From NCBI GenBank assembly GCA_034428635.1, contig DAOUHR010000085.1:905-64904 (forward strand): a stretch of DNA of 64,000 nucleotides, read 5' to 3'. The notes beneath the pieces are model-generated. The model had not been told where the DNA came from. It saw only the letters and a program-made list of their open reading frames with translations, and made no database searches. This DNA is from Dehalococcoidia bacterium (GTDB lineage Bacteria > Chloroflexota > Dehalococcoidia > Lucifugimonadales > UBA3495). The translations under genes were made by a program, and so were the position numbers. Shown here piece by piece: positions 9,281-17,690 of the stretch. Numbering within the stretch: position 1 is the first letter of the stretch; every line of letters starts with the position of its first letter.

Positions 9281-10268
9281 CGAAGAAGGCATCGAATCTT
9301 CACCCTCTCGCCACGAACTTTCCGGGACTGCCCCGGCTGAACGGGGACACGGAGAGGTACGGGTGGGAACCCGGGCCAGCGCCCTCGCCCGCTTGCAGAC
9401 CGATCTGGTCCTGGAACGCCTCCGCCCCATATACCCCGACCTGGAGTTCCAGGTGGTCACCGTCACCACCCACGGCGATGCCAACCAGGCCGCCCCCCTG
9501 GCCGGAATGGGCCTGGGGGTATTCGTCAAGGAAATAGAACAGCAGCTAATTGACGGCCGCCTGGATATGGCGGTCCACAGCCTCAAGGACATGCCTACCC
9601 TCCTGCCCGAAGGCCTGGCGCTGGCGGCGCTGCTGTCCCGAGAAGACCCGCGGGACGTTCTGGTCAACCGATTTGGTAGCAACCTGGACCAGTTGCCGCA
9701 GGGGGCGCTGATTGGCACCAGCAGTCCCCGCCGCTGCTCCCAGTTGCTAAGTCTGCGCCCTGACCTGGCCGTTATCCCCATTCGCGGTAACGTGGAGACC
9801 CGACTGCGCAAGTCGAAAGGTGAAGAGTGCGATGGCGCTATACTGGCCGCCGCCGGCCTGCTGCGGCTGGGCCTGGGTGACCGAGTCACCGAGTATCTGT
9901 CTCCCCAGCAATTTGTGCCTCCTCCCGGGCAGGGCGTCCTGGCAGTGGAAACCCGGGCCGACGACGATCGCATGGCCGGCATCCTGCGGGCCATTGACCA
10001 CGCCGCCACCCGCTACGCCGCCACCGCCGAGCGCGCCTTCCTGGAGCGCCTGGGCGGCGGCTGCCAGGTGCCCGTGGGCGCCTACGCCCAGTCCGAGGGC
10101 GACCTGATGAACCTGACCGTATTCCTGGGTTCTCCCGACGGACAGCAGACCTTTCAGTCCAAAGTCCGTGGCCTCACCCGCTCGCCCCACGAGCTTGCCG
10201 CCGATGCCCACATGGCAATAGTGGAACGAGGAGGAGGCAGCTTGCTGGACAATGCGGCAAACCCATAG
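9258..10268 (+). CDS. hemC: hydroxymethylbilane synthase (porphobilinogen deaminase)
   Basis: VRVGTRASALARLQT, HSLKDMP and the cofactor-Cys region GGGCQVPVGAYA. The start (9258 or 9267) overlaps the hemA 3' end. Confidence 0.92.
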   Translation: MDAMAAANEEGIESSPSRHELSGTAPAERGHGEVRVGTRASALARLQTDLVLERLRPIYPDLEFQVVTVTTHGDANQAAPLAGMGLGVFVKEIEQQLIDGRLDMAVHSLKDMPTLLPEGLALAALLSREDPRDVLVNRFGSNLDQLPQGALIGTSSPRRCSQLLSLRPDLAVIPIRGNVETRLRKSKGEECDGAILAAAGLLRLGLGDRVTEYLSPQQFVPPPGQGVLAVETRADDDRMAGILRAIDHAATRYAATAERAFLERLGGGCQVPVGAYAQSEGDLMNLTVFLGSPDGQQTFQSKVRGLTRSPHELAADAHMAIVERGGGSLLDNAANP

Positions 10269-10353
10269 CCCCACCAGGCTTGAATGGTAGAATCCGAAAA
10301 GAGGATAGCCCTAGTGGTTCAACAGCATTGTAATGATGGGTTGGGGTTTAACC

Positions 10354-10449
10354 GTCATTCCGGCGAAAGCCGGAATCCAGGGCCATTCTTGTACTTTGCA
10401 GATGCCAATTTTGCAACCATTCTGGATTCCGGCTCAAGGCCGGAATGAC
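10354..10449. repeat. ~95-nt palindromic intergenic element
   Basis: Arms gtcattccggcgaaagccggaatccag (10354-10380) and ctggattccggctcaaggccggaatgac (10422-10449) are near-perfect reverse complements. Each arm also folds on itself (attccggc-GAAA-gccggaat). Confidence 0.65.
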
Positions 10450-10528
10450 GAAAACGGTTTACCAGTCATCATGTCAAATCAGTCGTAACACTAGCCACAC
10501 CCGTTTCGTTCTAGACGGGGGTAAGTCC

Positions 10529-10705
10529 ATGACCAGTCAAAGTACGCAGGAAGTCGAAGACCATGCATACTCTGGAATAGACGTTGAACGGGCATCCGCT
10601 GCCTTGCGCCGCGCTTCCATCGTAGCCCGCCGTCGCGCCCTGGAGAACCGTGGAGGGGTTTATATTTGGCGCGACGGTGAAATGGTCTGGGAAACAGACC
10701 CCTAG
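10529..10705 (+). CDS. small hypothetical protein (58 aa)
   Basis: Internal ATG 10529 follows GGGGGT. The track start at 10445 lies inside the palindromic element. No family recognised. Confidence 0.35.
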   Translation: MTSQSTQEVEDHAYSGIDVERASAALRRASIVARRRALENRGGVYIWRDGEMVWETDP

Positions 10706-10828
10706 CGAATATTCCCCGAGGGAGTCGAAGCCAAAATATGCGAATGTGGCAGGGTCCTGGTGAAGGACTCGTTGGACCCTCTTACGGAAGAGTTCCTCAA
10801 CAACCCCAAGCTCGAAAAGTATAAGTAG

Positions 10829-12382
10829 GTGAACGAATTGCCCGGCAAAGTTTTCCTGGTAGGCGCTGGCCCTGGCGACCCCGGCCTCATTACCGTCAAG
10901 GGACTGCGCTGTTTGCAGCGGGCCGACGTGGTGGTGTACGACCGCCTTATGGACCCGGCGCTGCTGCAATCCGCCTCACCCGCAGCCGAACTGGTATTCG
11001 TGGGCAAGGAGCGGGGGCGCCAGGCCCTTACCCAGGACGAAATTAACGCCCTCCTGGTGGAAGAAGCTGGACATGGCAAGTCGGTGGTCCGCCTCAAGGG
11101 GGGCGACCCCTTCGTCTTCGGCCGGGGCGGCGAGGAGGCCCAGGTACTGGCCCGCAATTCCATTCCCTTCGAAGTCGTGCCGGGCATCACCTCCGCCATT
11201 GCCGCCGCCGCCTATGCCGGTATTCCCGTCACCCAGCGCCGAGTCGCCACCTGCTTTACCGTGGTCAGCGGCAGCGAAGACCCATCCAAGCCCGAGTCTT
11301 CCATCCCTTGGGATGTGCTGGCCCGCACCGGCGGCACCCTGGTGGTGCTGATGGGCTGGGCCGCCCTGCAGTCCATCCTGGAAACCCTGCAGCGAGAGGG
11401 CCTGGACCCCAATACCCCGGTAGCCCTGGTCCAGTGGGGCACCTGGAAGAAGCAGCAAACGGTGGACGGTAGCCTGTCAAACGTGGTCGACCGGGCGAAA
11501 GAGGCTGGGTTAACGCCTCCGGTGGTCGCCGTAATCGGTCCGGTGGCAGGGCTGAGAAATGAACTGCGCTGGTTCGACCGTCAGCCCCTCTTCGGCAAGA
11601 GAGTCCTGGTTACCCGTTCCCGCACCCAGGCATCCCGCCTGCGGGAATTGCTGGAGGAACAGGGAGCGGAACCGCTGGAACTGCCCTCCATAGAGATCGC
11701 TCCGCTGGAAGACTGTTCTGAACTGGACACGACTCTCGCCCAGTACGGCCTTTTGCCCCTGGAAACACGCTTCGGCGCCATCAGCAAGTTTTGGGCCATT
11801 TTCGCCAGTACCAACGCCGTTGATGCCGTCTTCGGTCGCATAGACCAATACGGCAAGGACGCCAGGGTATTCGCCGACTCCACCGTCGGCGCCATAGGCC
11901 CAGCCACCGCGGCGGCTCTTACGCAACGGGGCATTCGTCCCGACTTTGTTCCGACCTCCTCCGTTTCCGAAGCGGTGGTGAAGGAACTGTCCGACCGGGA
12001 ATGGTCCGGCGTTCCCGTGCTGCTGCCAGGGGCCGATATAGGGCGCGACGTACTGGCCAATGGCCTTGTAGAACTGGGCGCCAAGGTTGAGTGGGTAACG
12101 GCCTATCGCACCATCACCCCTGTGGGTGCCGCCAGTAATGCCCGTAAGCTGTTGTCCCAGGGCGTGGACGTCATAACTTTCACCAGTTCCTCCACCGTCC
12201 GCAACCTGGTAGATATACTCGAGGGGGACAAATCAGCCCTGGAATCTGCCCTGATTGTGTGCATCGGCCCGGTCACCGCCGGCACCGCCAGCGAGTTGGG
12301 CCTGCGGGTAGACCTGGTGGCCAGTGAGCACACGGTGGAAGGGTTGGTGGACTCCCTGGTAACCCACTACAATGCTCAGTAA
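10829..12382 (+). CDS. cobA-hemD: uroporphyrinogen-III C-methyltransferase fused to uroporphyrinogen-III synthase
   Basis: N-terminal SUMT half (VGAGPGDPGLITVKG...) plus C-terminal HemD-like half (KRVLVTRSRTQASRL...). GTG start at 10829. Confidence 0.9.
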   Translation: MNELPGKVFLVGAGPGDPGLITVKGLRCLQRADVVVYDRLMDPALLQSASPAAELVFVGKERGRQALTQDEINALLVEEAGHGKSVVRLKGGDPFVFGRGGEEAQVLARNSIPFEVVPGITSAIAAAAYAGIPVTQRRVATCFTVVSGSEDPSKPESSIPWDVLARTGGTLVVLMGWAALQSILETLQREGLDPNTPVALVQWGTWKKQQTVDGSLSNVVDRAKEAGLTPPVVAVIGPVAGLRNELRWFDRQPLFGKRVLVTRSRTQASRLRELLEEQGAEPLELPSIEIAPLEDCSELDTTLAQYGLLPLETRFGAISKFWAIFASTNAVDAVFGRIDQYGKDARVFADSTVGAIGPATAAALTQRGIRPDFVPTSSVSEAVVKELSDREWSGVPVLLPGADIGRDVLANGLVELGAKVEWVTAYRTITPVGAASNARKLLSQGVDVITFTSSSTVRNLVDILEGDKSALESALIVCIGPVTAGTASELGLRVDLVASEHTVEGLVDSLVTHYNAQ

Positions 12383-12463
12383 CCTTGGGCGCCAGCCATC
12401 GTTTGTTTAGATTCCCTGCACTGGGCGCCATTTGTGCCGAATAGTGGATAAAGGAGCCAAGTC

Positions 12464-13447
12464 ATGACCAGTTTCCCTGATATGCGGCTGCGGCGGGTGC
12501 GAGAGTTGGAACCGGTGCGCAACTTGATAAGGGAAACCCACCTAAGCGCCTCCAACTTTGTGTATCCTCTCTTTGTCACCCACGGCCAGGGTGTAAAGCA
12601 ACCCATCGAACCCATGCCCGGCAACTTCCAGCTTTCGCTGGACATGCTGGAGGAAGAAATCAATGAAGTAGTGAACCTGGGTATACCCGCGGTGCTCCTC
12701 TTTGGCCTGCCCGAAGAGAAGGACCCGGTGGGTAGCGGCGCCTACGATCCCGAGGGCATCATCCAGGAGGCCATACGGGTCATCAAGCAGACCGCGCCCA
12801 ATTTGATGGTGGTCGGCGACGTCTGCCTGTGCGAATACACCGATCACGGCCACTGCGGCATAATCGACGGCCACCGCATTGACAACGACCAGACCCTGGA
12901 ACTGCTGGCCCGAACCGCCCTGGCCCAGGTCCAGGCCGGCGCCGACATGGTCGCGCCCTCGGCCATGATGGACGGCCAGGTGCGCGCCATCCGCGAAGCC
13001 CTGGATGCCAACGGCGAGGAGACGGTGCCGGTGATGGGCTACGCCGCAAAGTATGCTTCCGCCTTTTATGGTCCCTTCCGCGTTGCCGCCGACTCAACTC
13101 CCCAGTTCGGCGACCGCCGCAGCTACCAGATGGACCCGGCAAACCGCCGCATGGCCATGCGCGAAATAGAAAGCGATATTGCCGAAGGCGCGGACATCGT
13201 AATGGTAAAGCCGGCCCTGGCCTACCTCGACGTAATCAAGTCCGCCCGCGACCGGTTCGACCACCCCATGGCCGCCTACAACGTCAGCGGCGAGTTTTCC
13301 ATGGTCAAGGGCGCGGCCAAACAGGGCTGGATCGACGAGAAGGCGGTAACCCTGGAATTGCTGACCGCCATCCGCCGCGCCGGCGCTGACATAATCATCA
13401 GCTACCACGCGAAGGAGGTAGCCCGCTGGCTGCGGGGAGAGGAGTAG
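12464..13447 (+). CDS. hemB: porphobilinogen synthase (delta-aminolevulinate dehydratase)
   Basis: Full-length 327 aa with SAMMDGQV and the active-site Lys region IVMVKPALAYLDV. Confidence 0.95.
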   Translation: MTSFPDMRLRRVRELEPVRNLIRETHLSASNFVYPLFVTHGQGVKQPIEPMPGNFQLSLDMLEEEINEVVNLGIPAVLLFGLPEEKDPVGSGAYDPEGIIQEAIRVIKQTAPNLMVVGDVCLCEYTDHGHCGIIDGHRIDNDQTLELLARTALAQVQAGADMVAPSAMMDGQVRAIREALDANGEETVPVMGYAAKYASAFYGPFRVAADSTPQFGDRRSYQMDPANRRMAMREIESDIAEGADIVMVKPALAYLDVIKSARDRFDHPMAAYNVSGEFSMVKGAAKQGWIDEKAVTLELLTAIRRAGADIIISYHAKEVARWLRGEE

Positions 13448-13451
13448 TCCT

Positions 13452-14042
13452 ATGGCACTGCTGACGGAACGTGTTGCCCAGGAACTTGCGGAAATGCACG
13501 TCTTCAGCGAACTGCTGAAGCGGGGCGTAACCGTTTACCGCTCCGTTGGGGGTAATGACGCAACCGCCTTGGTCCGCCACCCCGACGGAGAGGTGTTGGA
13601 ACTCAAAATCAGGACCAATTGCATTGGCGAGGACGGCGAATCATCTGTGTTCAAGACAGTCGAGTACAAGCCGGATCGCACCTCCTTCATGCTTTGCGTA
13701 GTCCTGGAGGACCAGCAAAGCGAAGAAGTCTGGGTTTTTCCTTCCATGGTTTTCTATGCCTACTCAAGCAGTTCGCGAGGCAAAGTTAAGAATCGTCTCC
13801 TGGACCTGGAATCCGGAGAGAAGAAGTACGATGCGCCGTTAAGGGAATACCTGCGAGGCTTTCGCAACCGTTGGAGACTCATTACCGAATACCCTGACTT
13901 CCGGGAGATGCTGACTTCTCCAGAAGGATTTATGGACCTCGAGGACTTGGTGTCCGCGCAAGCAGCCTTTGAAGAACCGGAGGAAGATAAGGTACCTTGG
14001 GAGGAGTACGTACGTAGTGTCTCCGAACAGGTATCGGATTAA
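13452..14042 (+). CDS. hypothetical protein in antitoxin position; N-terminal half has a PD-(D/E)xK-like D...ExK pattern
   Basis: 196 aa. D36 ... E50-L-K52 (GGNDATALVRHPDGEVLELKIRT), acidic C-terminal tail, and the 3' end overlaps the relE-like ORF by 26 nt. The nuclease-fold call is by eye only. Confidence 0.5.
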   Translation: MALLTERVAQELAEMHVFSELLKRGVTVYRSVGGNDATALVRHPDGEVLELKIRTNCIGEDGESSVFKTVEYKPDRTSFMLCVVLEDQQSEEVWVFPSMVFYAYSSSSRGKVKNRLLDLESGEKKYDAPLREYLRGFRNRWRLITEYPDFREMLTSPEGFMDLEDLVSAQAAFEEPEEDKVPWEEYVRSVSEQVSD

Positions 14043-14301
14043 CCCCCCTAGCAACACTGTCATACGAGCCTTGCGCAGGATACACCCCGTCGAAGAAAGG
14101 AGAATCCGCGACAGAATTGAAGCGCTGAGTGAAAATCCCAGGCCAGCAGGATGCCTCCAGTTGTACGAGAACGTCTATAGGATTCGAGTAGGCGCCTACC
14201 GGATTATTTACCAAGTGGACGACAATCAATAATTGATTGAGATTGGCCGGATTGAACACCGCGGCGAGACCACTTACCGAGACATACGCCGGTTATTCTG
14301 A
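14017..14301 (+). pseudogene. relE: RelE/ParE-family type II toxin gene interrupted by in-frame TAA
   Basis: ...ENPRPAGCLQLYENVYRIRVGAYRIIYQVDDNQ-TAA(14230-14232)-LIEIGRIEHRGETTYRDIRRLF-TGA. This aligns residue-for-residue with the RelE C-terminus (YRLVYQVIDEKVVVFVISVGKRE). Candidate GTG start at 14017 follows GGGAGGAG. Confidence 0.7.
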
Positions 14302-14381
14302 ACCGCGTTTCGCGCGGGCGTTGGTAAGTTAGCTACCTCCTTCGCGTGGTAGCCCGCTGGCTCCAAGGAAAGGAGTAGCCC

Positions 14382-15251
14382 TTGCTCCAATTTGGCTTCG
14401 ACGCCTCAATATTCCGTCGTCAAAGGGGCTTCCGCCTGCCGGAAGGCATTGTCCCGGCACAGGACCATACCGCCGGTCAATGGATCGAGAGCCGGTTGCA
14501 GCCCTGGGGCCTGGAAGGGGTACCCCTCCGATCGTTGCTTCCCGATACCTTCCCCGCCTATGCCCGAATTTTCCACCCCTTCTATTCGGGCGACGATGAA
14601 ACCCTGGCCAAGGGTGAAGAGCAACCCGTCCACTGGTCAACAGTTGCTGAGTGGACGGGGGCCACAATTCATCCCCTTATGCAATTAGAAGGCATCGCCA
14701 GAGTCCCTTTTCCCTACCATGTTGAATGGGGCAGGTGTCCGGAAATGGGCAGTATCCCCGTACCGGAAAGTACCGCGCTGACCGGTTTGCTGCGTGACTT
14801 CACCACGACGCCCGACGACTGCTACCTGGGCTACTGGGAAGGTAACGGCTTCTTCCACGGGGGGAGAATCTATTACTACGGCGGTGGTCCGGGCTTGATG
14901 ACGAGTATCGAAGACCTGGTGCGTAACCTGTGGAAGAAGCTTCGACCCGTCCCCAACCCCCTCGCCAACATACCTAAATTGGTGGCCTGCCACCGGGAGT
15001 ACCTGCTGTTTTACGGCTCCCTGGAAACCGTGCCCTCGCTAAGCCGGTACCCACCGTGGGGCCAGTCCCCGAACCTCTGGTGGCCCGAAGACCGGGCCTG
15101 GTGCGTCGCCACCGATATCGACTCGTACGATACCTATGTAGGTGGCAGTGATGCCTGCATCGAACAAATCCTGAAATGCCCGGACCTGGAAGCCCTGCCG
15201 GTGTCCATTGATTCCCGTATTGACGGGGACGCAGATATGGTTAACACTTAG
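14382..15251 (+). CDS. hypothetical protein (289 aa)
   Basis: TTG start after AAGGAAAGGAG, with coding-like composition. No family confidently recognised. It sits between the toxin remnant and hemL. Confidence 0.55.
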   Translation: MLQFGFDASIFRRQRGFRLPEGIVPAQDHTAGQWIESRLQPWGLEGVPLRSLLPDTFPAYARIFHPFYSGDDETLAKGEEQPVHWSTVAEWTGATIHPLMQLEGIARVPFPYHVEWGRCPEMGSIPVPESTALTGLLRDFTTTPDDCYLGYWEGNGFFHGGRIYYYGGGPGLMTSIEDLVRNLWKKLRPVPNPLANIPKLVACHREYLLFYGSLETVPSLSRYPPWGQSPNLWWPEDRAWCVATDIDSYDTYVGGSDACIEQILKCPDLEALPVSIDSRIDGDADMVNT

Positions 15252-15286
15252 CCACCTACCAAAACTCTTCCACCAACGAGGCCCAA

Positions 15287-16573
15287 ATGAACCAGTCCAG
15301 GTCCCAGCAGCTATTTGAGCAGGCCCAGCGCTACATCCCCGGCGGCGTCAACAGTCCGGTGCGTTCCTTCCGCGCCGTGGCCGGAACCCCGCCCTTCATC
15401 GCCCGCGGGCACGGTTCCAACGTCTGGGACGTGGACGGCAACGAATACATCGACTACCTCGGGTCCTGGGGGCCGCTGGTCCTGGGCCATGCCCACCCCG
15501 CCGTGGTGGAGGCCCTGCATCGCGCCGCCGAGGGTGGCACCAGCTTCGGCGCCCCGGTGGAAATGGAAGTAGAACTGGCCCGCACCATCTGCGAAGCCCT
15601 GCCTTCGGTGGACAGTGTTCGCCTGGTCAGTTCCGGCACCGAAGCCTGTATGAGCGCCATCCGCCTTGCCCGTGCCTACACCGGGCGCAGCAAGGTCATC
15701 AAGTTCTCCGGCTGCTACCATGGCCACGCCGACGGGCTGCTGGTTCGGGCCGGTTCCGGCGCCTTGACTCACGGCATCCCCACCAGCGCCGGTGTACCCG
15801 ACTCCTACGCGGCAGAAACCCTGGTGGCCGATTACAACGACATTGCCTCGGTGGAGGCCTTCTTCGAGGCCTGGCCCAACGGCATCGCCGGAGTAATCGT
15901 GGAACCGGTAGCTGGCAACATGGGCGTAGTGCCGCCGGCGGAGGGCTTTCTGCAGGCGCTGCGGCAGGTGACCGCCGACAACGGGGCCATGCTCATCTTC
16001 GACGAAGTGATAACCGGCTTCCGCATTGCCTACGGCGGCGCCCAAAGCCTGTTCGGTGTCATCCCCGACATTACCTGCCTGGGCAAGATCATTGGCGGCG
16101 GCCTCCCCGTGGGGGCGTATGGGGGACGGCAGGAGATCATGGAGATGGTAGCGCCCCTGGGCCCCATGTACCAGGCCGGCACCCTGTCCGGCAATCCCCT
16201 GGCCGTTACCGCCGGCCTGACCACCCTTACTGAACTGCAACGAGAAGGGACCTACCAGCGGCTCGAATCTATGGCAACCCGCCTGGCCGACGGCATTACC
16301 CAGGCCTTTGCCCGGGCCGAGATTCCCGCCACCCTGAACCGGGTCGGTTCCATGATGACCGGCTTTATGAACCCCGGGCCGGTGGACACCCTGGCCCAGG
16401 TGGAACAGTCCGACACCGAACTCTACGGCCGCTACTTCCACGCCATGTTGGAGCGGGGCGTCTACCTTGCCCCCTCCCAGTTCGAGGCCGGTTTCGTCTC
16501 TCTGGCCCACGCCGAGGAGGACATTGACCGCACGGTGGCTATTGTGGAGGAAGCGGCGGGGAGTTTGGGGTAA
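15287..16573 (+). CDS. hemL: glutamate-1-semialdehyde 2,1-aminomutase
   Basis: 428 aa class-III aminotransferase with DEVITGFR and the PLP-Lys region LGKIIGGGLPVGAYGGR. Confidence 0.95.
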   Translation: MNQSRSQQLFEQAQRYIPGGVNSPVRSFRAVAGTPPFIARGHGSNVWDVDGNEYIDYLGSWGPLVLGHAHPAVVEALHRAAEGGTSFGAPVEMEVELARTICEALPSVDSVRLVSSGTEACMSAIRLARAYTGRSKVIKFSGCYHGHADGLLVRAGSGALTHGIPTSAGVPDSYAAETLVADYNDIASVEAFFEAWPNGIAGVIVEPVAGNMGVVPPAEGFLQALRQVTADNGAMLIFDEVITGFRIAYGGAQSLFGVIPDITCLGKIIGGGLPVGAYGGRQEIMEMVAPLGPMYQAGTLSGNPLAVTAGLTTLTELQREGTYQRLESMATRLADGITQAFARAEIPATLNRVGSMMTGFMNPGPVDTLAQVEQSDTELYGRYFHAMLERGVYLAPSQFEAGFVSLAHAEEDIDRTVAIVEEAAGSLG

Positions 16574-16623
16574 GGAGGGAGTATAATGGGGAGGCTGTCT
16601 TACTACCCTAGAGGTACCTTGAG

Positions 16624-17130
16624 ATGTCAATAGAACTTGCCAACAGGCACATTGACACCAGCCACCGCCTGATGCAACAGGCCAACTACGAACTGGACCT
16701 TAAGGGGGACCGGCTGCAGGCTACGGAGAAGGCATACGGAGCGGTAGCCCACGCCGTAAAAGCTATTGGCGAAGACCGAATATGGCGCCACGACTCCCAC
16801 AATCTGAGACGCACCATTGTGAACCTGATTGCAGCCGAGTTTGACAGCCCGGATTTGGCGCCGCTTCATGCCATCGCCGACCAACTGCATGATAACTACT
16901 TTGAGGACCGGATTTATGACTGGGAATTGAGGCAACATTTAGACCAAATAGAGGACCTCTTGTTGCATCTGTGGGAAATTCGAGAACGGGGTCCCAACCC
17001 CGATTTCGTCCCCACTACGGAACAGCAACGTACCATCGAGAGACTTCAACTCTCCGAAGAGGAAGCCGCCGCCGACCCATTAATTGACTACCCACCTCAG
17101 TTGCCTCCCTTTGTATCGCCCGACGAGTAA
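16624..17130 (+). CDS. hypothetical protein, PaREP1-like helical protein (tentative)
   Basis: 168 aa. ...GDRLQATEKAYGAVAHAVKAIGE...HDSHNLRRTIVNL...LHDNYFED resembles the PaREP1 helical pattern. By-eye call. Confidence 0.45.
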   Translation: MSIELANRHIDTSHRLMQQANYELDLKGDRLQATEKAYGAVAHAVKAIGEDRIWRHDSHNLRRTIVNLIAAEFDSPDLAPLHAIADQLHDNYFEDRIYDWELRQHLDQIEDLLLHLWEIRERGPNPDFVPTTEQQRTIERLQLSEEEAAADPLIDYPPQLPPFVSPDE

Positions 17131-17172
17131 AGTCTTCCTGAACGGGTTATTCAAGGAACCAGCAAGAGATGA

Positions 17173-17192
17173 GGCGGGCCATTTGGCCCGCC
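17173..17192. terminator. bidirectional terminator-like hairpin
   Basis: ggcgggcc-attt-ggcccgcc between convergent gene ends (17130 and 17235). The flanks are only weakly T-rich. Confidence 0.35.
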
Positions 17193-17234
17193 CCTCTCTC
17201 TTGGCTGGTTTACGTGAGACTGGGTGCTGCCGAT

Positions 17235-17690
17235 TTAGGTCCCGTAGCGGGCGGCGGCGTTGGGGTCGCTGTACTCGACGCCCTTGGTGGCCCAGAAGGC
17301 GGCGGCGATGTTGTCCACCGAGGCTACCAGTTCTTCGCAGGCGGCCATGTCTACAACCTGGCGGCAGCGGCCGGCCAGCTTCAGAGCGGCGTTGAAGGAA
17401 CCGTGCAGGTCAAATCCTTCGGGCATGTTGGGCCAGGCATAGTCGGCCCAGAGAATCCGCAGTTCGCGCTTGCAGATCTCGGCGTGCTCTTCCTTGGTCG
17501 CCACGTAACGGGCCATAGTGTTGGCGTAGGCCACATGATCGTCGCCCTCTTCCAGGGCCTGCATCCGCAACACCATCTTCTGGACGGTCTGGGCCGCAAT
17601 CTTGGCGGATACGGGGTCGTAGATGCCGCAGGGGATGTCACAGTGGGCTTCGGCTTCTTGAATCTTCAACCATTGGAGCGGGTTAAACAT
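17235..17690 (-). CDS. sodN: nickel-containing superoxide dismutase precursor
   Basis: Ni-hook HCDIPCGIYDP follows a 14-aa propeptide (MFNPLQWLKIQEAEA|HCD...). 151 aa. Confidence 0.9.
   Translation of the reverse strand: MFNPLQWLKIQEAEAHCDIPCGIYDPVSAKIAAQTVQKMVLRMQALEEGDDHVAYANTMARYVATKEEHAEICKRELRILWADYAWPNMPEGFDLHGSFNAALKLAGRCRQVVDMAACEELVASVDNIAAAFWATKGVEYSDPNAAARYGT

Noticed and set aside
8144-10009. Very long antisense or alternative-frame ORFs (e.g. 8144-10009-, 15311-16630-, 32438-34267-, 40093-42162-, 19913-21460-, 5884-7002-, 61198-62553+)
   Set aside because: They lie opposite or overlapping genes with unambiguous family motifs (hemA/hemC, hemL, sir, ftsH, ilvD, ahbAB, pyrG). Their low-complexity G/A/R/P-rich translations are typical of stop-poor shadow frames in high-GC DNA.
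10706-10828. In-frame continuation after the TAG of the 58-aa ORF (RIFPEGVEAKICECGRVLVKDSL... up to the cobA-hemD start)
   Set aside because: Forty stop-free codons are unremarkable in this GC-rich genome. There is no recognisable family and no independent start or RBS.
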